DNA of 64,000 bases from an uncultured bacterium (GCA_963722655.1 CAVRNT010000001.1:313808-377807); one strand, 5' to 3'; positions 25,278 to 34,962 are shown, counted from the stretch's first letter. Notes: generated by a model from the sequence alone, not told the origin. Numbers and translations: made by a program.

Positions 25278-27110
25278 ATGACCTCCGAGGACATCAGGAA
25301 TAAATTCCTTGAATTCTTTAAAGAAAGGGGGCACGCGATCGTGCCATCCTCCTCTTTGATTCCCGACGATCCGTCGGTCCTCCTCACGACCGCCGGGATG
25401 CAGCAGTTCAAACCTTACTACACGGGCGATGCCGACCCGCTGAAGGATTTCGGCTCCAGAAACACCGCTTCGGTCCAGAAATGTTTCCGCACCTCGGACA
25501 TCGACGAAGTGGGGGACGAAAGCCACTTGACGTTCTTCGAGATGCTCGGGAACTTCTCTTTTGGCGGCTATTTCAAGGAAAAGGCGATCGAGTACGGCTA
25601 TGAACTCATCACCGGCAAGGATTGGATGGACCTCTCGATTGACCATGTGACGATCTTCGACCCGGCCAAGGTCCCGGCGGACGATTGGCGCAAAGGTGTG
25701 CCCTTCGACGCGGAATCTGAAAAGCTCTGGAAAAAATACGGTGTGAAGATCGAAAAGGACGGGACGGACGTCTTTTGGGGTCCGACGGGCAATGAAGGAC
25801 CGTGCGGTCCGACGACGGAAATTTACGTGAAAAACGCGAATGGGAACGCGATCGAAGTTTGGAACATCGTCTTCAATGAATTTTATTGCGACAAGAATAG
25901 GAAACTGACACCGCTCAAGACGCCGGGCGTTGATACCGGAATGGGGCTGGAGCGCCTCGTAATGGCCGTCCAGAAAAAGCCGACGCTGTTTGAAACCGAT
26001 TTGTTCACGCCGATAATTAGTCTATTGCCGGAAGAAATAGGAACTCGGACACGCAGAATTTTAAGTGACCATATCCGTGGCATCGCATTTTTAATCTCCG
26101 ATGGCGTGCAACCATCAAATAAAGAAACGGGATACATACTCAGACGTCTCATACGACGCTCCCTAACCTATTTTTATCTTGCAAAACTAACCCCTATTTT
26201 TCCGGATTTATTTGGAAGCTTGGTTGATAATTACCATCCTTTTTACCCAGAGCTTAATAAAAACCTTATTTTAAAAGTAGTTGAGGAAGAAAGCAGTGAA
26301 TTTCAGCGCCCGTTAAAACAGGGGCTAAAAGAAGTGGAACACCGACTTGCTATTGATAAGACTATATTAAGTGGTGAGAACCTAAATTCATCGGCGGAAA
26401 TAAAAACATTAGCAAAAGGAACCAGAAATTTCAGCGCTGGTTTACTCGCTTTTGAACTTTCACAAAATATAGGCTTCCCTAGGGACATAAGCAGAGAGCT
26501 ATTTGCTGCTGCTGGATATGATATTAAAGATTTTGACAGAGGTTTTAGCGCAAAGTTCGCCAGGCATCAGGAAATTTCCCGCGCGGGCGTGGAAAAGAAA
26601 TTCGGCGGCCACGGGCTGATATTAGATACCGGGGAACTCAAGGCGGGGAGCGAGGATGAGCTCAAGAAAGTGACGCGCCTCCACACGGCGACCCACCTCT
26701 TGAATCAAGCTCTCCGCGAAGTGCTGGGGCCGGAAGTGAGCCAGCGCGGTTCGGACATCACGACCGAGCGGACACGCTTTGATTTCAACTTTGGCCGCAA
26801 AATGACGCCGGAAGAGCTCAAAAAAGCGGAGGAGATCGTGAACGAGAAAATAAGCGAAGATCTGCCGGTCAGTTTCAAGGAGATGCCGAAGACGGAGGCG
26901 GAAAAGACCGGCGCCCTGTATTTCTTCAAGGCGAAATATCCGGACGTGGTAAAGGTCTACTTCGTCGGTCGTTCGCTCGATTCGGCTTGGAGCAAGGAGT
27001 TCTGCGGCGGGCCGCACGTGACGCACACGGGCGAGATCGGAAAGTTCAAGATACTCAAAGAAGAAGCCAGCTCCGCGGGCGTGCGGCGCATCCGGGCAAC
27101 GGTGGAATGA
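25278..27110 (+). CDS. alaS: Alanine--tRNA ligase (short form without C-Ala domain)
   Basis: TTAGMQQFKP, HLTFFEMLGNFSFG, EVWNIVF, DTGMGLER, HTATHLL, EFCGGPH. Confidence 0.95.
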   Translation: MTSEDIRNKFLEFFKERGHAIVPSSSLIPDDPSVLLTTAGMQQFKPYYTGDADPLKDFGSRNTASVQKCFRTSDIDEVGDESHLTFFEMLGNFSFGGYFKEKAIEYGYELITGKDWMDLSIDHVTIFDPAKVPADDWRKGVPFDAESEKLWKKYGVKIEKDGTDVFWGPTGNEGPCGPTTEIYVKNANGNAIEVWNIVFNEFYCDKNRKLTPLKTPGVDTGMGLERLVMAVQKKPTLFETDLFTPIISLLPEEIGTRTRRILSDHIRGIAFLISDGVQPSNKETGYILRRLIRRSLTYFYLAKLTPIFPDLFGSLVDNYHPFYPELNKNLILKVVEEESSEFQRPLKQGLKEVEHRLAIDKTILSGENLNSSAEIKTLAKGTRNFSAGLLAFELSQNIGFPRDISRELFAAAGYDIKDFDRGFSAKFARHQEISRAGVEKKFGGHGLILDTGELKAGSEDELKKVTRLHTATHLLNQALREVLGPEVSQRGSDITTERTRFDFNFGRKMTPEELKKAEEIVNEKISEDLPVSFKEMPKTEAEKTGALYFFKAKYPDVVKVYFVGRSLDSAWSKEFCGGPHVTHTGEIGKFKILKEEASSAGVRRIRATVE

Positions 27111-28243
27111 AGGTGAACAACATCTTCAAAAGGAACAAGGATAACTATCTTCTACTAGAGGAGCGCAACGGCGGATTTGACGTCACGCAGGCGGCGCTCG
27201 ACGCCGAGCGCAAAAAGATCACGACCTTCGAGAGAAGGACGGTCAAAAATTTGAACGCCGTCCGCCGGAGATGGCGGAGACCGGCGAAGGTGATCTTCGC
27301 TCTCGGCGGCCGGAAGGCGGCAACGATTGAGAGCGTTTTGGATGTCCGGCGCGACGACCCCAGCGCCCGCATCGCGGAGGAGGAACTGGACCAGCTCGTC
27401 TTCAAGGGTCTTTGGGAATTTTTGAACCGGTACCGTTCTTGGGCGGGGAAGAAGCTCAAGGCGCCGGACGTGGACCTCATCCTCTCGGACATCCAAGTGC
27501 GCGACGTGGCGCTCGACCGCCGCCGGCTCTTCAACCCCGTCGGCTTCGACGGCCGGGAGATCTCCTTCCGCTTGCGCGGCACCTTCACCGTCCGTTCGGT
27601 CCTGCCGCTCACGGCCCGTTTCCGCTCCTGGGGCGAGGTCATCGTCCTCGAGAGCGGGAGCGTCCTCGGAGGTTCGGCGCCCGATGAGGACTATTGGTTC
27701 GTTCTGCCGGGTGAAGAGGGAACGCGGATTTACCGCCGCCGGATGGAAGAAAGCGCCTTCGCGGGTGAGATTCCGTGGAGTACGCGGTCGCTATCGGAAG
27801 GATTGAAGAAGGAACTTTCCCTGGACGACGCGGCCCTCGCCGAATTCGTCCGGCGCTACGAAGCGGGCGAGATCTCGGAGCGCTTTAAACGCCTCACGGA
27901 ATCCTTTTTGAACGAAGGCTTGCGTTCCTTAGGCGAAGCCGTCCATAGTTTCACTTTCGGTAAAAGAAGTGGCGGCCGGCCGAAGGTCTATTTCCACATT
28001 CCTTCGCCTTTCACGCCTCGGCCAGATTGGCTGAAGCGCCTCGGGGGCGAATTCCTCCGCCTGGACGAACGACTGGAGCGGGAGAATTTTACGCTGGAGA
28101 CAAAAAAGGACGCGGCGGGGTTTTCGCCCGTCCGGGACCAGACCACGCTCGCCTTGCTCCTTTATTCCTACGACGCACCGAAGTACAGCTTTCTGAACGG
28201 CGTTCTCCACCGCCGCGCCCGCTGGCTCATACCGAGCTTTTGA
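27107..28243 (+). CDS. Hypothetical protein, possibly a highly diverged FtsA/actin-fold protein
   Basis: ATG27107 overlaps the alaS stop; R.DP...I.EEELDQL and NPVGFDGREI resemble CPR FtsA-like proteins; no intact phosphate loops seen. Confidence 0.55.
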   Translation: MKVNNIFKRNKDNYLLLEERNGGFDVTQAALDAERKKITTFERRTVKNLNAVRRRWRRPAKVIFALGGRKAATIESVLDVRRDDPSARIAEEELDQLVFKGLWEFLNRYRSWAGKKLKAPDVDLILSDIQVRDVALDRRRLFNPVGFDGREISFRLRGTFTVRSVLPLTARFRSWGEVIVLESGSVLGGSAPDEDYWFVLPGEEGTRIYRRRMEESAFAGEIPWSTRSLSEGLKKELSLDDAALAEFVRRYEAGEISERFKRLTESFLNEGLRSLGEAVHSFTFGKRSGGRPKVYFHIPSPFTPRPDWLKRLGGEFLRLDERLERENFTLETKKDAAGFSPVRDQTTLALLLYSYDAPKYSFLNGVLHRRARWLIPSF

Positions 28244-28258
28244 ATTAAGATTTAGACG

Positions 28259-29899
28259 ATGACCGGCGAAAAGAAGATATTTTTGGATAGAACCGACACC
28301 CTCCAGGTCGCGGTGGACAAAGTGCTCGCGGCCAAGGCCGAACGGGTCGTTTTGAACGTCCCGCGCCAATCGGTCCTGGGAGAATCCGTCCATAATTTCC
28401 AGATCTTGAAGCGCGAGAGCGAGACGGCCGGCAAGGAACTCACGATCGAGTCCATTGATGAGCACGTGCTGGAGCTGTCCGGCGTCGCGAAGATCGCGGC
28501 CAAGAATCCGATCTTCAAAACGAAGGAGCGGACGGTCATGGACATCATCCCCAAGCTCAAAACAGCCCCCGTGGAGCAAGTGAAGACGGTGCCGATTGAA
28601 GAGCCGATCGCAGAGGGACCGAAGCCGAGACGCGGGGGGTTATTCGCGCGCAAAGAGAGAGAACCGAAGGTCTCTTTCGAGGAAATTGAGCCGGCGATCG
28701 AGCCGGAGGAACCGGAAGAACTAGCCTCGGAACCGGAAAAGCCGGTTGCGCGGAGAAAGCGCAGCTTGCGCCTCGCCCTCACCCTCGCAATCTTCCTCGT
28801 CGTTTTGGGCGTCGGTTACGCCCTCGCAACCTTCGTCCTGCCGCACGCGACGATCACCCTCACCATCCAAAAGACGCCCTTCGACTTCAACGATACGATC
28901 TCCGTGAGCGCCAGCGCGACGACGCCGGTCGCTTCGGGCGCCGGCATCACCCTGCCCGGTGAGATGCAGACCGCGCAGAACAGTTTGGTGATGACCTTCC
29001 CCGCGACGGGGAGCGCGAACGTCTCCTCGAAAGCGGGCGGGATGCTCACCGTCTATAACGCCTACAGCTCCGCGGCTCAGACGCTCGTCGCCCAGACGCG
29101 CTTCGAGTCGCCCGACGGGAAGATCTTCAAGTCCACGAAGACAATCGTCGTGCCGGGGGCGAAGGTCACGAGCGGTGCGATCGTTCCTTCGTCCGTCGCC
29201 GTCGCTGTCCTCGCGGACGCGCCGGGCCCGGACTATAACGTCGGACCGAGCAGTCACTGGACCATCCCGGGTTTCCAAGGGACGCCGCGTTACGACAAGT
29301 TCTACGCCGACGCGACCGCGGCGATGACGGGCGGGGCGAGCGGAACGGTCGCGATCGCGACCAAGGATGACGTTACCGCCGCCGAAGCGAAGATCGAAGC
29401 CGCCCTCAAAGATTCCCTGACGGGCCAGATCGGCCTTCTGGGCGAGGATAAGTTCAAGGTCCTGCCCGGCGCCTCTTCTTTTACCATCACGAAAGAGAGC
29501 ACGACCACGGTCGGTGCTGACGGCGGGTTCTCCGTTCTCGTCTCCGGCACGATGCGGGAAATGGTCTTCGACGAAGGGATGCTCAAAAGCGCCCTCATCT
29601 CCTCGGCCGGGGCCTCCTCAACGGCCGTCACGATCGACGAGCTGAAGTTCGATTACGGTTCGACGACCTTGGCTTTGGACAAAGGCCTGATGGCCTTTAA
29701 GCTCACCGGCGACCTGGTCTACGAACCATCGGTCGACGTCTCGAGCGTCAAAGGCGAGATCGCCGGACAGGACGAGGCCAGCTTGAAGACGATCGTTTTC
29801 GGCATCACCGGCCTCCAAAAGGCGAACATCTCCTTCTGGCCCTTCTGGGTGACGAAGGTCCCGGAGGACCAGACCAAGATCGAACTGAACCTCAATTAG
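28259..29899 (+). CDS. Single-TM protein with extracellular baseplate-J-like beta domain
   Basis: Cytoplasmic N-domain, TM, LPHATITL, KAGG.LTVYN, LVAQTRFESPDGKIF, ADAPGPDYNVG, MTGG, WPFWVTKVP. Confidence 0.7.
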   Translation: MTGEKKIFLDRTDTLQVAVDKVLAAKAERVVLNVPRQSVLGESVHNFQILKRESETAGKELTIESIDEHVLELSGVAKIAAKNPIFKTKERTVMDIIPKLKTAPVEQVKTVPIEEPIAEGPKPRRGGLFARKEREPKVSFEEIEPAIEPEEPEELASEPEKPVARRKRSLRLALTLAIFLVVLGVGYALATFVLPHATITLTIQKTPFDFNDTISVSASATTPVASGAGITLPGEMQTAQNSLVMTFPATGSANVSSKAGGMLTVYNAYSSAAQTLVAQTRFESPDGKIFKSTKTIVVPGAKVTSGAIVPSSVAVAVLADAPGPDYNVGPSSHWTIPGFQGTPRYDKFYADATAAMTGGASGTVAIATKDDVTAAEAKIEAALKDSLTGQIGLLGEDKFKVLPGASSFTITKESTTTVGADGGFSVLVSGTMREMVFDEGMLKSALISSAGASSTAVTIDELKFDYGSTTLALDKGLMAFKLTGDLVYEPSVDVSSVKGEIAGQDEASLKTIVFGITGLQKANISFWPFWVTKVPEDQTKIELNLN

Positions 29900-29902
29900 T
29901 GC

Positions 29903-29931
29903 TTGACTTTAACTGAGCGTTTTCTTATGAT
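29903..29931 (+). promoter_or_regulatory. Sigma70 promoter of the infA-rpsI operon
   Basis: TTGACT-17 nt-TATGAT. Confidence 0.65.
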
Positions 29932-29946
29932 ACAACCTGTTTACTG

Positions 29947-30174
29947 ATGGCTACGGACTCGCCCCTTTTGAAATTCGAGGGTTCGGTCGAAGAGGCCCTA
30001 CCCGGGTTGCTGTTTCGCGTGAAGACCAATCTTGGCGGCGAGACGAAGACCGTTCTGGCGCACCTCGCCGGACGGCTCAAGATCAACCACATCCGGGTCA
30101 TCCCGGGCGACCGGGTGCTCGTCGAGATGACCAATCCGACGGACTCGCGGGGCCGGATCGTGCGGCGTCTGTAA
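29947..30174 (+). CDS. infA: Translation initiation factor IF-1
   Basis: [32 protein letters not shown]. Confidence 0.95.
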   Translation: MATDSPLLKFEGSVEEALPGLLFRVKTNLGGETKTVLAHLAGRLKINHIRVIPGDRVLVEMTNPTDSRGRIVRRL

Positions 30175-30181
30175 ACTCATT

Positions 30182-30298
30182 ATGAAGGTCAGGGCTTCGG
30201 TAAAAAAGATCTGCGCAGGTTGCAAGACCGTCCGCCGTAAAGGACGGCTTTACGTCATTTGCGCCAAGAACCCGAAGCACAAACAAAGACAGGGCTAA
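30182..30298 (+). CDS. rpmJ: 50S ribosomal protein L36
   Basis: Translated by hand: [38 protein letters not shown]. Confidence 0.96.
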   Translation: MKVRASVKKICAGCKTVRRKGRLYVICAKNPKHKQRQG

Positions 30299-30330
30299 CG
30301 GAAGATTTAAATATTTAAAGATATAAAGAA

Positions 30331-30714
30331 ATGCGCGTCGCTGGGGTCAACATACCGGACAACAAGAAATTGGTCATCGCCTTGGGCTACATCTATGGCG
30401 TCGGCCGCTCGTCCGCCGCGGACATCTTAGAGGCGGTGAAGGTGAACGGTGAAAAGCGCGCCAAGGAGCTCACGCCGGAGGAGGTGAACAAGATCCAATC
30501 GTTTTTGGAAAAGAACTACAAAGTGGAAGGGGAACTCCGGCAGGTCATCAAGCAGAACGTGAACCGTTTGAAGGACATTAAGGCCTACCGCGGTTTGCGC
30601 CACATGCGCAAGCTCCCGGTCCGGGGCCAAAGGACGAAGACCAACTCCCGCACGGTGCGGGGCAACGTGAGGAAGACCGCGGGAAGCGGCAAGAGGAAGG
30701 TGGACCTCAAATAA
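30331..30714 (+). CDS. rpsM: 30S ribosomal protein S13
   Basis: RVAGVNIP, YRGLRH..KLPVRGQRTKTNSRT. Confidence 0.97.
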   Translation: MRVAGVNIPDNKKLVIALGYIYGVGRSSAADILEAVKVNGEKRAKELTPEEVNKIQSFLEKNYKVEGELRQVIKQNVNRLKDIKAYRGLRHMRKLPVRGQRTKTNSRTVRGNVRKTAGSGKRKVDLK

Positions 30715-30716
30715 AC

Positions 30717-31160
30717 ATGGGAAAACTTAAAGTCGCACAAAAGAAAGAGGAGAGCGTAAAGGAAAAGACCGCGCCCGAAAAGGCGCCGGCCAAGGTGGCC
30801 GCGCCGAAACAGCGCATCCTCGAGGGCCGCGTTTATATCCAGGCGACCTACAATAATACCCTGATGACCGTGACGGACAACGCCGGTCGGGTCATCACTT
30901 GGATGTCCGCTGGCTCTTTGGGTTTTTCCGGTCCCAAGAAGGCGACGCCCTTTGCCGCCTCTAAGGTGGCCGAAGCCATCGTCCAGAAGATCGAAAAGAC
31001 CGGCCCCGCCTCCGTTGAGATCTACGTTCGCGGCGTGGGGAGCGGCCGCGATTCCGCCATCCGCTCGCTCGCGGCCAGGGGTTTGAACATCATCGCCATT
31101 AAGGACGTGACTCCCATCCCGCACAACGGCCCGAAGCCGGCCAAGACGCGGCGCGTTTAA
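30717..31160 (+). CDS. rpsK: 30S ribosomal protein S11
   Basis: ATYNNT, KKATPFAA, DVTPIPHNG. Confidence 0.97.
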   Translation: MGKLKVAQKKEESVKEKTAPEKAPAKVAAPKQRILEGRVYIQATYNNTLMTVTDNAGRVITWMSAGSLGFSGPKKATPFAASKVAEAIVQKIEKTGPASVEIYVRGVGSGRDSAIRSLAARGLNIIAIKDVTPIPHNGPKPAKTRRV

Positions 31161-31164
31161 AAAT

Positions 31165-31764
31165 ATGCAGAGCATCAAAGAAAAAAAGGAACGGTCGCTC
31201 GGCGTAAAACTTTTCATCAAAGCCGACCGTTGCAATTCGCCGAAATGCGTTACCGTCCGCCGGCCTTATAAGCCCGGCGTGCACGGCCAGGACCGCCGCC
31301 GCCAGCCCTCGGAGTACGGCCGCGAGCTCCGGGAGAAACAAAAGCTCCAAATCATCTACGGTTTGAACAACCGGCAGATGACGAACCTCTTCGACGGGAA
31401 GTCGCCCGCGGAGATAATGAAACGTCTCGAGTGCCGCTTGGATCGCGTCGTCTTCCTCTTGGGTCTTGCCAAGTCGCCCCGCATCGGCCGCCAGCTCGTT
31501 TCTCACGGCCACATCTTGGTCGACGGCCGTAAAGTGACAATCCCTTCCTATTATGTTAAGGTAGGGGATAAGATAGAGATCCGGCCCGAATCCCGCGCCT
31601 CCAAGCTCTTCGAGGACATTCAAATGCGCCTCAAGCAGTACGCGCCGCCCGCTTGGCTCAAACTCGACGCGGCGAACCTTAAAGGCGAATGCGTCGGGGA
31701 ACCGGTCATCGAAGGGTCACTTCCTTTCGACATCAATTTGGTCGGTCAATTTTACGCCAGGTAA
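31165..31764 (+). CDS. rpsD: 30S ribosomal protein S4
   Basis: PGVHG, SEYGRELREKQK, LECRLD, RQLVSHGHI. Confidence 0.96.
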   Translation: MQSIKEKKERSLGVKLFIKADRCNSPKCVTVRRPYKPGVHGQDRRRQPSEYGRELREKQKLQIIYGLNNRQMTNLFDGKSPAEIMKRLECRLDRVVFLLGLAKSPRIGRQLVSHGHILVDGRKVTIPSYYVKVGDKIEIRPESRASKLFEDIQMRLKQYAPPAWLKLDAANLKGECVGEPVIEGSLPFDINLVGQFYAR

Positions 31765-31773
31765 AAAGTTTTT

Positions 31774-32514
31774 ATGAAATATACACACTTAAGCGAAGAA
31801 GTGGTCGCGAAAAAGGTATCGGAGAAAGGGAATCTCGGCGTTTTCCACGTCGAAGGCCTCTACCCGGGTTACGGCACGACCTTGGGGAACGCCATGCGGC
31901 GCGCCCTCCTTTCGTCCCTGCCGGGGGCGGCCATCACCCAGGTGAAGATCAAGGGGGTGGACCACGAATTCTCGACGCTCCCGGGAATGCAGGAGGACAT
32001 CGTCGAATTCTCGCTGAATTTGAAGAAAGTGCGCTTTGATTTCGCGGCGGACGAGCCGCAGACCTTGAAGCTCCGCGTGAAGGGCGACAAGGAAGTCACA
32101 GCTGCGGACATCGAGTCCACGACGTTCGCCAAGATCATCAACAAGGACCTGCATCTCGCGACCTTGAACAAAAAGACCGCCGATCTCGATATGGAGATCA
32201 CGGTCGAGAAGGGTTTGGGCTACGTCACTTCCGAATCGCGCAAAATGGAGCGGCTCTCGGTGGGGACGATCGTCCTCGATGCCGTCTTTTCGCCCATCGT
32301 CCGCGTCTCCTTCGACGTGGAGGATATGCGCGTTGGCGACCGCACCGATTACAATCGCTTGAAGCTCCAGATCGAGACGGACGGTTCCATCACTCCCGGC
32401 GAGGCCTTCCACAAGGCGAGCAAGGCCTTGAAGGACCACTTCGAGAAGCTCGCGGACGCGAGCGTCGGCCAATTGGCGGAGGAGAAGACCAAGACCAAGA
32501 AGAAGGAAGAATAA
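31774..32514 (+). CDS. rpoA: RNA polymerase alpha subunit (N-terminal domain only, 246 aa)
   Basis: GYGTTLGNAMRRALLSS, HEFSTLPG, DAVFSPI, RVGDRTDY; ends before alphaCTD. Confidence 0.95.
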   Translation: MKYTHLSEEVVAKKVSEKGNLGVFHVEGLYPGYGTTLGNAMRRALLSSLPGAAITQVKIKGVDHEFSTLPGMQEDIVEFSLNLKKVRFDFAADEPQTLKLRVKGDKEVTAADIESTTFAKIINKDLHLATLNKKTADLDMEITVEKGLGYVTSESRKMERLSVGTIVLDAVFSPIVRVSFDVEDMRVGDRTDYNRLKLQIETDGSITPGEAFHKASKALKDHFEKLADASVGQLAEEKTKTKKKEE

Positions 32515-32523
32515 GGGAAAATA

Positions 32524-32877
32524 ATGAGGCATTTGAACAAGGGCAGGAAGTTTGGTTTAAAAAAAGGCCCGCGGCGGTCTTTTTTAAGGATATTGGCGGG
32601 GAACCTCGTGAGCCACGAGCGCATCGTGACGACCGAAGCCCGGGCCAAGGAGATCAAGTCCATCGTGGAGCGCTACGTGACCTACGGCAAGAAACAGAAC
32701 CTCGCTGGAATGCGTCTGCTGCTCCAGCACCTGCCGAAGAAGACGGCTTACAAGGTCTACAATGAGATCGCGCCGCGCTACAAGGAGCGCCGGGGCGGGT
32801 ACCTCCGCATCGCGAAGCTCGCGAAGCCGCGCAAGCACGACGCCTCCCAAATGGCCGTCATTGAGTTCGTCAAATAA
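32524..32877 (+). CDS. rplQ: 50S ribosomal protein L17
   Basis: MRH...RKFG, IVTTEARAKE, RRGGYLRI. Confidence 0.96.
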   Translation: MRHLNKGRKFGLKKGPRRSFLRILAGNLVSHERIVTTEARAKEIKSIVERYVTYGKKQNLAGMRLLLQHLPKKTAYKVYNEIAPRYKERRGGYLRIAKLAKPRKHDASQMAVIEFVK

Positions 32878-32878
32878 C

Positions 32879-33220
32879 ATGGAATACAAGATTGACGCCA
32901 AGGGAAAAGTGCTGGGCCGGCTCGCTTCGGAGATTTCATCCATCTTGCAAGGTAAGAAACACGCCAATTACGACCCGAGGAAGCTGGGCGACGACACCGT
33001 GATCGTGAAGAACGTCCGGGGCTTGGTGGTGACCGGCCGCAAGACGACGCAGAAGATCTACTACCGCCACACCGGACCTTTGGGCCATTTGAAAGAGAGG
33101 AAGTTTGCGGACGTTTTCAAGAAGAAACCGGAGTGGGTCCTGCGGAACGCCGTGAGGACGATGCTCCCCAAGAACCGCTTGCGGGCGAAGCGGATGACCA
33201 GGTTGAGTTTTGAAAAATAA
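32879..33220 (+). CDS. rplM: 50S ribosomal protein L13 (short)
   Basis: IDAKGKVLGRLAS, YYRHTG, AVRTMLPKN. Confidence 0.94.
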   Translation: MEYKIDAKGKVLGRLASEISSILQGKKHANYDPRKLGDDTVIVKNVRGLVVTGRKTTQKIYYRHTGPLGHLKERKFADVFKKKPEWVLRNAVRTMLPKNRLRAKRMTRLSFEK

Positions 33221-33221
33221 T

Positions 33222-33671
33222 ATGCCGACCGAACCTAAAACGAAAAAACCGGCGAAGGCCGTCAGCAAGGAGAAATACATCGAGGCCGTGGGCCGGCGGA
33301 AGACCTCCGTCGCGCGTGTGCGGCTTTTGAGCGGCCGGCCGAAGACGAGCAAGGAGCCGGAGGTGATGGTGAACGGCGCGGCCTTCACGAAGTATTTCGG
33401 AGCGGTGAAGCTCCAGAACGTCGTCCGGGCGCCTTTCGAAGCCCTTTCCCTCAAGGAATATTCCGCGACCGCCAAAGTAATGGGCGGGGGAGTGAGTTCA
33501 CAGGCCGAGGCCATCCGTTTGGGCCTCGCCCGAACCTTGATCGCTTTGAACCCGCTCTGGCGCGTCAAATTGAAATCGCTGGGTTACCTGAAGCGCGACC
33601 CCCGAATGGTGGAACGCAAGAAGCCCGGTCTCCGGAAAGCTCGCAGGCCCCAGCAGTGGAGAAAAAGATAA
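33222..33671 (+). CDS. rpsI: 30S ribosomal protein S9
   Basis: GRRKTSVARV, GGGVSSQAEAIR, RDPRMVERKKPGLRKAR. Confidence 0.96.
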   Translation: MPTEPKTKKPAKAVSKEKYIEAVGRRKTSVARVRLLSGRPKTSKEPEVMVNGAAFTKYFGAVKLQNVVRAPFEALSLKEYSATAKVMGGGVSSQAEAIRLGLARTLIALNPLWRVKLKSLGYLKRDPRMVERKKPGLRKARRPQQWRKR

Positions 33672-33675
33672 CTAC

Positions 33676-33708
33676 AAAGAAAGCCCCTTATGGGCTTTCT
33701 TTCTTTTT
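33676..33708 (+). terminator. Intrinsic terminator after rpsI
   Basis: AAAGAAAGCCC-CTTAT-GGGCTTTCTTT followed by a T-run. Confidence 0.7.
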
Positions 33709-33749
33709 CTACACTGCTGAATGTCGCCATTTGCTATACTTTTAAAATA

Positions 33750-34058
33750 ATGAAAGACGTTCAAAAACAGGTTGACGAATGGGTCCAGCAGTACAAGATT
33801 GGCTACTTCAAACCATTAGAAATACTGGCGCGCCTCACGGAAGAGACGGGTGAAGTCGCACGGGAAATAAATCATCTCTACGGACCGAAAAAGAAAAAGG
33901 CCACTGAGGATACTAAGGACTTGGAAGGAGAAATCGGCGACATCATCTTCACGCTGGCCTGCCTCGCTAACTCACTGAACTTGGATATGGAACGGGGATT
34001 CAAAGCGGTAATGGACAAGGTCTATAGCCGTGACAAGGACCGATGGGAGAAAAAGTGA
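33750..34058 (+). CDS. MazG-like nucleotide pyrophosphohydrolase (YpjD-like)
   Basis: LARLTEETGEVARE, YGPKKKK, EIGD, CLANS, RDKDRW. Confidence 0.9.
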   Translation: MKDVQKQVDEWVQQYKIGYFKPLEILARLTEETGEVAREINHLYGPKKKKATEDTKDLEGEIGDIIFTLACLANSLNLDMERGFKAVMDKVYSRDKDRWEKK

Positions 34059-34633
34059 AGCGAGTTGTCATCGTACACGGGTGGTCGGGTGGGCCGGGTA
34101 AGGATTGGCTCCCGTGGCTTAAAACGGAGCTCGAAAATAAAGGTTACAAAGTATTAGCGCCGGCAATGCCAGACGCGGATGAGCCAGTAATCGAAAAATG
34201 GGTTGTCTATTTATCCGAGATTGTCGGCAAGCCCGACAAAAACACTTGTTTCGTCGGCCACAGTATCGGATGCCAGACGATCCTGCGTTATTTGACTGCG
34301 CATCCCTTCAAGCCGCGCGAGATGGTGGGCGGTGCCGTCTTCGTTGCGGGCTGGTTCGATTTGAAGAACCTCGAGGACGATGAAACTAGGGCGCTCGCCA
34401 AGCCGTGGACGGAAACGCCGATCGACCTCGCGAAGGTCAAAGCGGTCTTGCCGAAATCGACCCTCATCATTTCCGACAACGACCCTTATGACTCTTTTGA
34501 GGAGAACAAACTAGGATTCGAAAAGATCGGCGCCAAGATCATCGTGAGGCGCGGAGCGGGCCATTTCACAGCGGAGGACGGCTTCGCAAAACTCCCGCTC
34601 ATTCTTGCCGAGCTCGAAAAACTTATGGAGTAA
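34055..34633 (+). CDS. RBBP9/YdeN-family alpha/beta hydrolase
   Basis: IVHGW, WLPWL, VGHSIG, SDNDPY, AGHF. Confidence 0.9.
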   Translation: MKRVVIVHGWSGGPGKDWLPWLKTELENKGYKVLAPAMPDADEPVIEKWVVYLSEIVGKPDKNTCFVGHSIGCQTILRYLTAHPFKPREMVGGAVFVAGWFDLKNLEDDETRALAKPWTETPIDLAKVKAVLPKSTLIISDNDPYDSFEENKLGFEKIGAKIIVRRGAGHFTAEDGFAKLPLILAELEKLME

Positions 34634-34716
34634 AGACAGGGTTGACTCCCCCCGCAGGGAAGGGGTACTTTAAGGGTAGCAACAAAATAGCGAAAATAAA
34701 TAAAAGGAGCAATGAA

Positions 34717-34962
34717 ATGGCTGGAAGGGATGTTGAAGCTATTGGTCGAGCTGCGGATGTGCCCGTAATTATATCCGGGGAAATGACGAGGGAATCAATT
34801 CTCATCAAGCCCATGATCAGAAAGGAGGCAGTATTGGATGAAAACGTCAGAACGGTGGAATCGTTCATCGCACTGCTTAAGTTCAAGGGTATTGGTCTTA
34901 AGGTATTCAAGAGTAGAACGAAGCATAGCGAGAGGATAGATAGAATTTTGATCTATTTCTAA
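34717..34962 (+). CDS. Small hypothetical protein
   Basis: AAGGAG SD; TTGACT...TACTTT promoter-like sequence at 34642; lower GC. Confidence 0.5.
   Translation: MAGRDVEAIGRAADVPVIISGEMTRESILIKPMIRKEAVLDENVRTVESFIALLKFKGIGLKVFKSRTKHSERIDRILIYF

Noticed and set aside
28259-29899. Prophage or contractile injection system based on the baseplate-J-like domain
   Set aside because: No sheath, tube, capsid, terminase or integrase genes are present; the protein is TM-anchored and has host codon usage.
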